Assembly (NCBI GenBank): GCA_965223125.1
Contig: OZ244984.1
Location: forward strand, 1,586,353-1,650,352
From: Alphaproteobacteria bacterium
GTDB taxonomy: Bacteria > Pseudomonadota > Alphaproteobacteria > UBA8366 > Aestuariispiraceae
Reading direction: 5' to 3'
Length of the DNA stretch: 64,000 nucleotides
The translations under genes and the position numbers were made by a program. The notes under the pieces were generated by a model. It was not told the origin of the DNA. It saw only the letters and a list, made by a program, of their open reading frames with translations, and did not search any database. Shown here in pieces: positions 17,236-26,709 of this stretch; positions within the stretch are counted from its first letter, which is position 1, and each line of letters starts with the position of its first letter.

Positions 17236-18267
17236 ATGACCGAGACCACGCCTGCCTCCCTCCACAAGCCGCGCATCTTTTCCGGCATTCAGCCGACCGG
17301 GAACCTGACCCTGGGCAATTATCTGGGGGCGATCCGCAACTGGGTGCCGCTGCAGCGGGACTATGAGTGCCTGTATTGCGTCGTCGATCTGCACGCGATC
17401 ACGGTGTTTCAGGACCCGGCGACCCTGCGTGAGGCGACCCGTCAGGTGACCGCCGCACTCATCGCCTGCGGCATCGACCCGACGGCGCATATCCTGTTCA
17501 ACCAGTCGCTGAACCCGGACCATGCGGAACTGGCCTGGTATTTCAACTGTGTGGCGCGAATGGGCTGGCTCAATCGCATGACCCAGTTCAAGGAGAAGGC
17601 GGGTGCGAACCGGGAGAATGCCTCGACCGGGCTGTTCGTCTATCCCAATCTGATGGCCGCCGACATTCTGGCCTATCGCGCCACCCATGTTCCGGTCGGC
17701 GAGGATCAGAAGCAGCATCTGGAACTGGCCCGCGACATCGCGATCAAGTTCAACAATGACTGGAGTGCACCGGATTTCTTCCCGGTGATCGAGCCGCTGA
17801 TCCTGGGTGAGGCGACGCGGGTGATGTCGCTGCGGGACGGGACGAAGAAAATGTCGAAATCCGACCCGTCCGACATGTCGCGCATCAACCTGACCGACGA
17901 TGCAGATACCATCGCGAAGAAGATCCGCAAGGCGAAGACCGATCCGGATGCCCTGCCAAGCGAGCGGAAGGGGTTTGCCGGTCGTCCGGAGGCGGAAAAT
18001 CTGGTGACGATCTATGCCGCCCTGACCGACCGGACGGTGGATGCCGCTCTGGCGGAAATCGGTGGTAGCCAGTTCGGCGCCTTCAAGCAGATTCTGGCCG
18101 ATGCCGCCGTCGCCCATCTGGAACCGATCACGACCGAAATGAACCGCCTGCTGCAGGACCGGGGTGAAATTGACCGCATTCTGATCCAGGGCGGTCAGCG
18201 TGCCCGCGCCCTGTCCGCGCCGATCCTGAAGCAGGTGCGCGAGACAATCGGCCTCGTCGGCGCCTGA
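17236..18267 (+). CDS. trpS: Tryptophan--tRNA ligase
   Basis: Start at ATG 17236 inside track ORF 16831..18267. [31 protein letters not shown] (HIGH-region equivalent) and KMSKSDP (KMSKS). Confidence 0.95.
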   Translation: MTETTPASLHKPRIFSGIQPTGNLTLGNYLGAIRNWVPLQRDYECLYCVVDLHAITVFQDPATLREATRQVTAALIACGIDPTAHILFNQSLNPDHAELAWYFNCVARMGWLNRMTQFKEKAGANRENASTGLFVYPNLMAADILAYRATHVPVGEDQKQHLELARDIAIKFNNDWSAPDFFPVIEPLILGEATRVMSLRDGTKKMSKSDPSDMSRINLTDDADTIAKKIRKAKTDPDALPSERKGFAGRPEAENLVTIYAALTDRTVDAALAEIGGSQFGAFKQILADAAVAHLEPITTEMNRLLQDRGEIDRILIQGGQRARALSAPILKQVRETIGLVGA

Positions 18268-18287
18268 ATCCTTTATATGAAAAATAG

Positions 18288-18318
18288 ACCGGGCCGGAGA
18301 CATAATCTCCGGCCCGGT
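18288..18318. terminator. Perfect 13-bp hairpin 3' of trpS (ACCGGGCCGGAGA-cataa-TCTCCGGCCCGGT)
   Basis: Read directly, 21 nt after the trpS stop. No T-tract follows on the + strand; the T-rich run (TCTATTTTT) is on the opposite strand. Confidence 0.5.
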
Positions 18319-18531
18319 TCTGCCGTCGGTAGGTGGGGGGGAGGGTCTACCTAAGGCGAGACAGGAAAACCCTGCCTTGTATATGAAATACGGGCTGTGT
18401 CGGGGGATGGATCACATCGCCTGCCGAAAACTTTTTCTTCCAACCCCTAATCCGAAACGGGTCTCCCGGGCGTATCTATCTGTATGGATTGGTAGCCTGG
18501 CGCAGCGTCGGGCGGTTCTGTCGGAAAGCCC

Positions 18532-19995
18532 ATGTCCCGTTGTAGCCCCGTATTGCCCAGCCTTGTCTGGTTCCGTAAAGACCTGCGTCTCTCCGACAAT
18601 CCCGCCCTGGATGCGGCGCGGCGGCGCGGGGGAGAGATATTATGCCTGTTCATCCTAGATGAGAGGGTGGAAGGGGCATTGCCGGTCGGCGGCGCGTCGG
18701 CCTGGTGGCTGCATCACAGTCTGGCGGCGCTTGCCCTCGATATCGAACGGAGCGGCGGGCGGCTGATCCTGCGTCGGGGGCCCGCCGATTTGATTCTGCC
18801 TGAAATCTGTCGGGAAACCAGTTCGGAGGCGGTGTTTTGGAACCGGTGCTATGAGCCGGCGGCCATTGCCCGCGACAGCGACCTGAATGCCGCCCTGAAA
18901 CAGGATGGGGTGACGGTTGAAAGCTTCAATGGCTCGCTGCTGCATGAACCCTGGACGGTGAAGACCAAGGCCGGTGGCGATTATGGTGTCTTCACACCGT
19001 TCTGGAAGGCGGAATGCGCTCTGGGTGATCCCGGTGCTGTGTTGCCGCCCCCCGACAGTCTGGGATATGTGGACGGTGTAGTATCAGAAAGGCTGGAAGA
19101 TTGGGCATTGCTGCCAGCCCGGCCGGATTGGGCGTCGGGGTTGCGGGAGACCTGGACGCCGGGCGAAGCGGGTGCGCGCGCGCGGCTGGACGGCTTTCTC
19201 AGCGAGTCGGCACAGACCTATGCCGAGACGCGAAATCGCCCGGATATCGAAGGAACCTCGCGCCTCAGTCCGCATCTGGCCTTCGGGGAGATCAGCCCGC
19301 GCGAAATCTGGCATATCGCGCTGGATCGCACCCGGCGTTCGGACGGGGGGCGGCTGGAAAGCGGTGTCTGGTCCTTCCTGCGGGAACTGGGCTGGCGTGA
19401 CTTCAACCATAATCTGCTGTTCCACAATCCGGATCTGCCATTGGCGAATCACAATTCCAGGTTCGATGCCTTCCCCTGGCAGGAAGACGGCGCGGCCCTT
19501 GCGCTCTGGCAGCGGGGGCAGACCGGATATCCGCTTGTCGATGCCGGGATGCGGGAACTCTGGCAGACCGGTTTCATGCATAACCGTGTACGGATGGTTG
19601 CGGCCTCTTTCCTGATCAAGCATCTGATGCTGGATTGGCGGTTGGGGGAGGCCTGGTTCCGCGATACCCTGGTCGATGCCGACCTGGCGAACAATGTCGC
19701 CAACTGGCAGTGGGTCGCGGGCTGTGGTGCCGATGCCGCCCCCTACTTCCGGATCTTCAATCCGATTGGCCAGGGTGAGAAATTTGACCCTGATGGCCGC
19801 TACATCCGGCGCTGGGTTCCGGAACTGGCAAAACTGCCCGATTCCTATATGAACAAGCCCTGGGAAGCCCCGGCGGACCTGTTGCGCCAAGCCAGGATCG
19901 AACTGGGATCAACCTATCCAGAGCCGATTGTCGATCATGCCAAGGCGCGCGCCCGTGCGCTGGCGGCTTATGAAGAGATCAAGGGAGCCGCCTGA
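18532..19995 (+). CDS. phrB: Deoxyribodipyrimidine photolyase (CPD photolyase class I type)
   Basis: 487 aa with LVWFRKDLRLSDNPAL, TSRLSPHLAFGEIS, GYPLVDAGMRELWQTGFMHNRVRM and WQWVAGCGADAAPYFRIFNP. Confidence 0.95.
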   Translation: MSRCSPVLPSLVWFRKDLRLSDNPALDAARRRGGEILCLFILDERVEGALPVGGASAWWLHHSLAALALDIERSGGRLILRRGPADLILPEICRETSSEAVFWNRCYEPAAIARDSDLNAALKQDGVTVESFNGSLLHEPWTVKTKAGGDYGVFTPFWKAECALGDPGAVLPPPDSLGYVDGVVSERLEDWALLPARPDWASGLRETWTPGEAGARARLDGFLSESAQTYAETRNRPDIEGTSRLSPHLAFGEISPREIWHIALDRTRRSDGGRLESGVWSFLRELGWRDFNHNLLFHNPDLPLANHNSRFDAFPWQEDGAALALWQRGQTGYPLVDAGMRELWQTGFMHNRVRMVAASFLIKHLMLDWRLGEAWFRDTLVDADLANNVANWQWVAGCGADAAPYFRIFNPIGQGEKFDPDGRYIRRWVPELAKLPDSYMNKPWEAPADLLRQARIELGSTYPEPIVDHAKARARALAAYEEIKGAA

Positions 19996-19998
19996 CCC

Positions 19999-21375
19999 AT
20001 GAAAATAGCGATTATCGGAAGCGGCATTGCCGGACTGGGCGCGGCTTGGCTGTTGAGTCGAGCACATGATGTTACTGTCTATGAGAAGAACGACTATGTC
20101 GGCGGCCATTCCAATACCGTGGAGGTTCCGGTCGGGGGTGGCGAAAGCATTCCCGTCGATACCGGCTTCATCGTCTATAATGAGCGCACTTATCCCAATC
20201 TGATCGGTCTGCTGGATACGCTGGGCGTGGCCAGGATCAAGGCCGATATGTCCTTCGGGGTCTCGGTCAGCCGGGGCGGTCGGGCGGGAAGCCTGGAATA
20301 TGGCGGCGCGGATCTGAAGAGTCTGTTCGCGCAGAAGCGCAACCTGCTCTCGCCTCGCTTTCTGAGGATGATTCGCGACATCCTGCGGTTCTACAAGGCC
20401 GCCCCGGACCTGCTGGTCAGCGGCACCTGTGGGGAATTGAGCCTTGGCGCACTGCTGGCGCGGGATGGTTATTCCCGTCCCTTCATCGACGATCACCTGT
20501 TGCCGATGGCGGCGGCGATCTGGTCCTGCCCGGTCAGTCGGATGGCGGATTTTCCGGCGGAGAGCTTCATCCGCTTCTTTGACAATCACGGCCTGTTGCA
20601 GGTGGAGGACAGGCCGCAATGGTGGACCGTCAGGGGCGGCTGCCAGCGCTATGTGCGACGTATCCGCGATGATCTGGAACGGGATGTGGCGACCGGACGT
20701 TCGGCAGTGGCGGTTCGGCGCAGCGGTGTCGGGGCCATCATCCGGGACAGTCAGGGGATAGACGAGGTCTATGACCATGTCGTCTTCGCCTGCCATGGTG
20801 ATGAGGTCCATGACCTGCTGCATGACCGGTCAGCGGCAGAGACGGCGATCCTGTCGCGCTTCACCTATCAGCGGAACCGTGCCATCCTGCATGGCGACAT
20901 CCGCCAAATGCCGGTCCGCCGCAAGGTCTGGTCCAGTTGGAATTATCTGAGCGAAGCGGCGTCGGATCGGGCGGCAGGCCAGGTTTCCATCACCTATTGG
21001 ATGAACCATTTGCAAAGCCTCGACCCCACCCATCCCCTGTTCGTGACGCTGAATCCGATCCGGGAGGTCGATCCGGCGCGGATTTACCGCAGCTTCGACT
21101 ATGACCATCCCGTCTTTGATCGGGCGGCCCTGGTGTCGCAGGCGCAGCTTCCCACGATCCAGGGGCGGGGCGGGGTCTGGTATTGCGGCAGTTACTGTGG
21201 CTATGGATTCCACGAGGACGCGCTTGGTTCCGCCGTCGCGGTGGCCCGTGCATTGGGGGTCGCCGCCCCCTGGGGACACCAGCCGGTGCACGCGATGGCG
21301 GCGGTTGGCACAGGGTCGATGCGATCAGCAGTACCGTCGATATTTACGGATCTGTCCGGGGAGGCGGCGGCATGA
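19999..21375 (+). CDS. FAD/NAD(P)-binding amine-oxidase-like oxidoreductase
   Basis: 458 aa. MKIAIIGSGIAGLGAAWLL..VTVYEKNDYVGGHSNT is a dinucleotide-binding fold. Starts 3 nt after the photolyase stop. Confidence 0.9.
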   Translation: MKIAIIGSGIAGLGAAWLLSRAHDVTVYEKNDYVGGHSNTVEVPVGGGESIPVDTGFIVYNERTYPNLIGLLDTLGVARIKADMSFGVSVSRGGRAGSLEYGGADLKSLFAQKRNLLSPRFLRMIRDILRFYKAAPDLLVSGTCGELSLGALLARDGYSRPFIDDHLLPMAAAIWSCPVSRMADFPAESFIRFFDNHGLLQVEDRPQWWTVRGGCQRYVRRIRDDLERDVATGRSAVAVRRSGVGAIIRDSQGIDEVYDHVVFACHGDEVHDLLHDRSAAETAILSRFTYQRNRAILHGDIRQMPVRRKVWSSWNYLSEAASDRAAGQVSITYWMNHLQSLDPTHPLFVTLNPIREVDPARIYRSFDYDHPVFDRAALVSQAQLPTIQGRGGVWYCGSYCGYGFHEDALGSAVAVARALGVAAPWGHQPVHAMAAVGTGSMRSAVPSIFTDLSGEAAA

Positions 21376-22163
21376 CCCTATCGGCTTCGCCCCTGTCCGG
21401 GTCCATGCTGTATCGCGGCTCGGTGATGCACAAACGAATGAAACCCTTCATCCATGAACTGACCTATTCCGTCTTCTCGGTCCTGCTGGACATTGATGCG
21501 CTGCCGCAGCTGGATCGATCCCTGCGCCTGTTCGGCCATAACCGTTGGGCACCGGTCAGTCTGTGGGATCGCGACTATGGTGCCCGTGATGGTACCCCGA
21601 TCCGCGCATGGATCGATTCGGTATTGCAACAACAAGGCATGAACTTGCAGGGTGGACCGGTCCGGTTACTGACTTTTCCCCGGCTCTGGGGCTATGCCTT
21701 CAATCCGCTCAGCCTCTATTACTGTCACGATCAGGCAGGACATCTGCGTGCGGTGCTTTATGAGGTTTCCAACACATTCGGTGAGTCGCACGGCTATCTA
21801 ATCCCCGTGGAGACAGATCATGATGATATCGAAACAATCCATCAGGAAGCGCAGAAGGTATTTCACGTCTCCCCCTTCCTGGAGATGGATTGCCGCTATT
21901 ACTTCAGCGTGACCCCGCCCGGTGATAAACTGTCGGTCCTGATCCGCCAATCGGATGGGGCGGGTGACCCGATTTTGATGGCGAAGCATACCGCGCGGGG
22001 AAGACCGTTCAGCGATGCCGCGCTGGTCTCCGCGATCCTGCGACACCCGCTGATGACAGCAAAGGTGATCGGCGGCATTCACTGGGAGGCGCTGCGACTG
22101 TGGCTGAAAGGAGCGAGATATTATCCCAAACCCCCGGCCCCGGCGGATCACGTAACACGCTGA
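21372..22163 (+). CDS. DUF1365-family protein
   Basis: Start at ATG 21372, an ATGA overlap with the preceding stop. LYRGSVMHKRMKPFIHELTYSVFSVLLDID and FPRLWGYAFNPLSLYYC are typical of DUF1365. Confidence 0.9.
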   Translation: MTLSASPLSGSMLYRGSVMHKRMKPFIHELTYSVFSVLLDIDALPQLDRSLRLFGHNRWAPVSLWDRDYGARDGTPIRAWIDSVLQQQGMNLQGGPVRLLTFPRLWGYAFNPLSLYYCHDQAGHLRAVLYEVSNTFGESHGYLIPVETDHDDIETIHQEAQKVFHVSPFLEMDCRYYFSVTPPGDKLSVLIRQSDGAGDPILMAKHTARGRPFSDAALVSAILRHPLMTAKVIGGIHWEALRLWLKGARYYPKPPAPADHVTR

Positions 22164-22202
22164 ATGCGCATAATTACGATATCGTAACGAGGTGATAACC
22201 GC

Positions 22203-23444
22203 ATGACACAGACGGAATGCCCATCGCAGACAGAGACCCTGGACCGGAACAGTGGTCGTGACCCCAGACTGTCCTTGCTGAGCCGCCTGCATTTCGCGAT
22301 GGCGAACCGCATCCATCATGGCACCTTCGAGGTCACGGTGCTCGAGGGCGTAACCCGGCTCTGCGGCGGCAGGGCACCGGGACCGAACGGTCCGATCACC
22401 CTGAACAACAGCCGCATGGTACCGCGCATGATTTTGGGCGGGAATGTCGGGCTGGGAGAAAGCTATCTGGATGGCGATTGGGACAGCCCTAATCTGGCGG
22501 ATTTTCTGACCGTCGGCGCAATGAACTATGAGGCACTGGACGCGACGCTGAATGGCAGCATGCTCTACCGGCTTGCCAATCGACTGATCCATCACGGATT
22601 CAATTCGAATTCGAAACGAGGAAGCCGAAAGAATATCGCCCATCATTACGATCTCGGGAATGATTTCTATGAGCGCTGGCTGGATCCCAGCATGACTTAT
22701 TCTTCTGCCGAATTTGACGAGACCGCCCCGGATCTGGAAAGCGCCCAGGCGCGGAAATACGATCTGCTGGCCGACCGTCTGGGTCTTGGCCCGCAGGATT
22801 CGGTGCTGGAAATTGGCTGCGGCTGGGGCGGATTCGCAGAGCGGGTCGCAAAGCAGCGCGGGGCAAAGGTCACCGGCATCACGATCTCCCGCCAGCAGCA
22901 TGATTATGCGAAAAGCCGGATGCAGCGCGAAGGACTGAATGAAAAGGTCGATATCCGCCTGATCGATTATCGCGATCTGCAGGGTCAGTTCGACCATATC
23001 GCCTCCATCGAGATGTTCGAGGCGGTGGGGGAGAAATACTGGCCGGTCTTCTTCGACTCCCTGAGGGACCGACTGAAGGAAGGCGGGCGGGCGGCCTTGC
23101 AGATCATCACCATCAGCGACCATCATTTCGACAATTATCGCAGTCGCCCCGACTTCATTCAGCGCTACATCTTCCCCGGCGGCATGCTGCCCTCCCCCGG
23201 CGTGCTGCGGAAAGGCGCGGAAGCGGTCGGCCTGTCGCAGGTTTCCTCCGAAGGCTTCGGCATGTCCTATGCCCGCACCCTGGCGGAGTGGAACACCCGC
23301 TTCCAGAACGCCTGGGAGGATATTCGCCAGACCGGTTTCGATGACCGGTTCAAGCGGATGTGGGAATATTACCTGGCCTATTGCGAGGCTGGATTCCGAT
23401 CCGGCACCATCGATGTGAAGAGGATCACCCTGGCCAAGGCTTGA
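22203..23444 (+). CDS. cfa: Cyclopropane-fatty-acyl-phospholipid synthase-family SAM methyltransferase
   Basis: 413 aa with HYDLGNDFYERWLDPSMTYSSA, VLEIGCGWGGFAE, SIEMFEAVGEKYWPVFF and MWEYYLAYCEAGF. Confidence 0.9.
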   Translation: MTQTECPSQTETLDRNSGRDPRLSLLSRLHFAMANRIHHGTFEVTVLEGVTRLCGGRAPGPNGPITLNNSRMVPRMILGGNVGLGESYLDGDWDSPNLADFLTVGAMNYEALDATLNGSMLYRLANRLIHHGFNSNSKRGSRKNIAHHYDLGNDFYERWLDPSMTYSSAEFDETAPDLESAQARKYDLLADRLGLGPQDSVLEIGCGWGGFAERVAKQRGAKVTGITISRQQHDYAKSRMQREGLNEKVDIRLIDYRDLQGQFDHIASIEMFEAVGEKYWPVFFDSLRDRLKEGGRAALQIITISDHHFDNYRSRPDFIQRYIFPGGMLPSPGVLRKGAEAVGLSQVSSEGFGMSYARTLAEWNTRFQNAWEDIRQTGFDDRFKRMWEYYLAYCEAGFRSGTIDVKRITLAKA

Positions 23445-23662
23445 TTCTCGCCTGGGGGACCACCTACCGACTTCCGGCAGGGTAGTCTGGATTTACGACC
23501 TTGAACGAAGTACGCCCCTGGTTCCGAGAGGACGTCGCACCAAAATCTCTTGCCTCGCGGATCAGTGGCGCCAGCTTGTGGATGGCCATTCGGACTCTCC
23601 GATAATGAGAGCAGCCATAGACTTGTCGCGCGTGGCGACCTCGGCACAGATAATGTGCTGGA

Positions 23663-24433
23663 TCAGACGTCAACCTCCGCCGCGATGGCGGCGGCGGCGG
23701 CGGCGGGATCGTCCGCGCCGGTGATCGGGCGTCCGATGACCAGGAAATCGGCCCCGGTCTCAATCGCCTGTTTCGGGGTCATCACCCGCTTCTGATCGCC
23801 CAGAGCCGCACCAGCCGGGCGGATACCCGGCACGATCAGCTTGAAGTCCGGCCCGCATTCGGCCCGGATCGCCCCGATTTCCTGCGACGAGCACACAACC
23901 CCGTCCAGGCCCGCCCGCTGCGTCAGAACGGCGAGGCGCAGGGCTTGATCGCGCGCCGGACCGGCCTGCCCGACAACGACCAAATCGGCATCGTCCAGGC
24001 TGGTCAGAACCGTGACCGCGATCAACATCGGACGCACCACACCCAGTCGCTCCGCCTCGAAATTCGCCGCATCCAGCGCCGCCTTCATCATCGCCGACCC
24101 GCCCGAGGCATGGACGTTCAGGATCGCCGGCCCAAGGCCCATCGCGCCGCGCACGGCACCGGCGACGGTATTCGGGATATCGTGGAATTTCAGATCCAGG
24201 AACAGGTTCTGTTGCAGCGCGGGCGCGCCCCTCGGCGTTTCTTCCGGGGTTGCGCGCACAACCTGGCGCACCCCGTCCGGCCCGTTGGCATTGAAGAATT
24301 CCAGCCCCAGCTTGATCCCCCCGACATGCCCCACCAGCGCCCGCGACAACGCCTGCGCGCGCGACACATCGGGCGTGTCCAACGCTACCAGAATTCGGTC
24401 ACGGGGCCGCAGCGGCGTTACCATCCGGGTCAT
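23663..24433 (-). CDS. pyrF: Orotidine 5'-phosphate decarboxylase
   Basis: ATG at 24433 preferred (the track start at 24448 is a GTG). ILVALDTPD, GGIKLGLEFF, LFLDLKFHDIPNTV and VIGRPIT. Confidence 0.9.
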   Translation of the reverse strand: MTRMVTPLRPRDRILVALDTPDVSRAQALSRALVGHVGGIKLGLEFFNANGPDGVRQVVRATPEETPRGAPALQQNLFLDLKFHDIPNTVAGAVRGAMGLGPAILNVHASGGSAMMKAALDAANFEAERLGVVRPMLIAVTVLTSLDDADLVVVGQAGPARDQALRLAVLTQRAGLDGVVCSSQEIGAIRAECGPDFKLIVPGIRPAGAALGDQKRVMTPKQAIETGADFLVIGRPITGADDPAAAAAAIAAEVDV

Positions 24434-24657
24434 GGGAATTTCCTTCACCTGTCCAAGCCTGGACAGGGTTTTACCGACGACGTGATGGAAAAGCCAGCGG
24501 GGACATTCCTATTACTGCCCAGGGATTGAATTTCCCCAAGATTACTTGTTGATATGATTCTGCATAATCGACACCAACTCCAAATTCTCAACCGAATCTG
24601 ACGGGGATCTGAATGCCGCATTTCTATGTTGTCACCGACTGAGAATTCGATGGCCCC

Positions 24658-25194
24658 GTGCCGGGTCTTCACTCGATAATATCTTTCGGATCTGTTGCCT
24701 TATCGGAATCCGGATCCGTTCTCGGTGAGTTCGAGGCGGTTCTTGAGCCACTTGAAGGAGCCGAACAGGATGCGCGGACCATGGCATTCTGGCATCAGCA
24801 CCCCGAGGCATGGGCTGCCGCCACGACAGACCCAAAACCCGCCGGAGAGGTGATCCGGCGTTTCGTTGCCTGGGTTCGATCTTTTGACGCCGAACCGATC
24901 TTTGCGTCGCATCCCGTTGCCCTCGATGGTCTCTGGCTGGACTATTATCTGAAGCGGTTCACACAGCGACCCCTGTTGGAAGGGCCGTGGGTCCCGGATC
25001 GCCTGTTCCGGCATCCCCCGCTCTGCATCATGTCGATGGTCGCCGGGAGCACCGGGCGCGGGCAATGGGAGTGTGATGTCCAGTTTTATCCGCAGGAATG
25101 GCTGGGCTCCGTCGAGCACACACACCGCGCCATCGACGACGCCCGCGGCTATTCAAATCTTTTACGATTCTTCACGACCGAGCGGACGGTCTAA
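24658..25194 (+). CDS. DEDD-type 3'-5' exonuclease-like protein; the reading frame continues upstream through an in-frame TGA (possible pseudogene)
   Basis: The track ORF starts at GTG 24658. The same frame upstream reads ATG(24613) P H F Y V V T D TGA(24640-24642) E F D G P V, so the DxE Exo I motif is interrupted by the stop. The C-terminal VEHTHRAIDDARGY is Exo III-like. Confidence 0.7.
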   Translation: MPGLHSIISFGSVALSESGSVLGEFEAVLEPLEGAEQDARTMAFWHQHPEAWAAATTDPKPAGEVIRRFVAWVRSFDAEPIFASHPVALDGLWLDYYLKRFTQRPLLEGPWVPDRLFRHPPLCIMSMVAGSTGRGQWECDVQFYPQEWLGSVEHTHRAIDDARGYSNLLRFFTTERTV

Positions 25195-26081
25195 TCCAGC
25201 GATGCCTCATCCAGCAGCCAGGCAGTGAAGGCCCTGATCTTGGGGTGGTCGGCGCGGTCCTTCGGGCAGACGATCCAGTAGGCATAGTCGCTGGGGATCG
25301 AGAAATCGAAGGGCTTCACCAGCAATCCCTGCTCCAGCGCGTCATGGGCAATCGCGCTGCGGCCAAGCGCAACGCCTTCACCGGCAATGGCGGCCTGCAA
25401 TACCAGATTCGAGAAATTGTAGCGCGGACCCTTGTCGGGATTGACTCCCTCCACCTGCGCCGCTTTCAGCCAGACCCGCCAGTCAGTACGGATATCGTCG
25501 TGCAGCAGGGTGTGATACTGCAAATCCGACGGCGAGACGAGCGGTCGGTTCGGATCCTGCAACAGGCGCGGGCTGCAAACCGGGAAAACCTCCTCCGTCA
25601 TCAACCGGATCTCGTGCAGATCGTCATAGCCGCCGGTACCCCAGCGGATGGCGAGATCGATATCCTCAACCGTAAAATCCGTCAGTTCGTAATCCGCCGC
25701 CAGGCGGATATCGATCTCCGGATGCAACGCCCGGAATTTAGCCAGTCTCGGCACCAGCCAGGCCGAGGCGAAGGAAGGCAGGCAACTGACATTCAATGCC
25801 CCGGTCGCATCCTGCCGCTTCACCCGGTCGGCGGCGGCGGCAATCTGGGCCAGGGACTGCCGCACCGCCGTGGCAAAGGCCTGCCCCTCCTCGGTCAGCA
25901 GTAGCGCCCGGTTCAACCGCCGGAACAGGCGCACCCCCAGCGCATCCTCCAACTGCTTGATCTGATGACTGATCGCTGCCTGGGTCACATAAAGTTCTTC
26001 CGCCGCCTCGGTAAAGGACAGCAACCTTGCAGCCGCCTCAAAGGCCGGAAGCGGCTTCAGCGGGGGCAATCTGGAGACCAT
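25191..26081 (-). CDS. LysR-family transcriptional regulator (GcvA-like)
   Basis: 296 aa. LPPLKPLPAFEAAARLLSFTEAAEELYVTQAAISHQIKQLEDALGVRLFRR is the wHTH. Divergent from the DUF1127 gene. Confidence 0.9.
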   Translation of the reverse strand: MVSRLPPLKPLPAFEAAARLLSFTEAAEELYVTQAAISHQIKQLEDALGVRLFRRLNRALLLTEEGQAFATAVRQSLAQIAAAADRVKRQDATGALNVSCLPSFASAWLVPRLAKFRALHPEIDIRLAADYELTDFTVEDIDLAIRWGTGGYDDLHEIRLMTEEVFPVCSPRLLQDPNRPLVSPSDLQYHTLLHDDIRTDWRVWLKAAQVEGVNPDKGPRYNFSNLVLQAAIAGEGVALGRSAIAHDALEQGLLVKPFDFSIPSDYAYWIVCPKDRADHPKIRAFTAWLLDEASLD

Positions 26082-26275
26082 TATTCCACTCCTATTCGGA
26101 TTAGGAAATTTTATTCGATGTATGAAAATATATCCTTTGTGCAGATTCTGGAAACCCCTTAAATCTCTCCCTGCGAGGCGACATCGTCTCCCAGGTTCGG
26201 TACCTTCGGATTAATGACAGCTTTGTGAAATCCGGTATCGGGACTTGTGAAACAGAGTTTGAAGGAGTGAAAGTC

Positions 26276-26533
26276 ATGGCGAGCACCAATTACATGGACG
26301 GGGCAGGCAGCCCTTTCGCGCCGCTGGCTTCCCTGATGGTCGATGCCACTGCAGCGGCCCTGGACGGCCTGCGCACGGTCACGATCAACCCGATCACCTC
26401 CCTTGCCAAAGTGCAGGGCCGGATCAAGCAGCGTCGTCAGCTGCGGGACATGGATGCACGGATGCTGGCCGATATCGGTCTCGACCGCGTCACCGCAGAT
26501 CTGGAAGCGGCCAAGCCCTTCTGGAAGGCGTAA
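26276..26533 (+). CDS. DUF1127-domain small protein
   Basis: ATG at 26276 (M18 of track ORF 26225..26533), preceded by GAAGGAGTGAAAGTC. The C-terminal RIKQRRQLRDMDARMLADIGLDR is the DUF1127 signature. Confidence 0.8.
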   Translation: MASTNYMDGAGSPFAPLASLMVDATAAALDGLRTVTINPITSLAKVQGRIKQRRQLRDMDARMLADIGLDRVTADLEAAKPFWKA

Positions 26534-26564
26534 GCCGAAACGGAATGCCCATCGGAATGCCCCG

Positions 26565-26605
26565 ACCGCGCGGACGACTTCCCCCTTGTTGTCCTTCCGC
26601 GCGGT
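26565..26605 (+). ncRNA. Candidate 3'-UTR-derived small-RNA hairpin with a C/U-rich loop (CcsR/cuckoo-like)
   Basis: 10-bp GC-rich stem (ACCGCGCGGA / TCCGCGCGGT) closing the 21-nt loop CGACUUCCCCCUUGUUGUCCU. Lies between the DUF1127 stop and the intrinsic terminator. Confidence 0.3.
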
Positions 26606-26611
26606 ATGACG

Positions 26612-26646
26612 AAAACCCCCGCAGTTCAACTGCGGGGGTTTTCTGT
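26612..26646 (+). terminator. Rho-independent terminator
   Basis: AAAACCCCCGCAG-ttcaa-CTGCGGGGG followed by TTTTCTGTGTT. Confidence 0.8.
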
Positions 26647-26709
26647 GTTCGGTGAGTGTTCTTGCATTTCGATTGAGGGCCTTCTCCTTAACGCCGGTCT
26701 GCTTTAACA

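Noticed and set aside
23445-23662. 218-bp gap between the convergent cfa and pyrF genes, examined for a small gene or structured RNA
   Set aside because: Only a 41-codon ATG ORF (MAIHKLAPLIREARDF...) without SD and a few 5-bp stems. There is no terminator-like hairpin or recognisable motif. Left unannotated.
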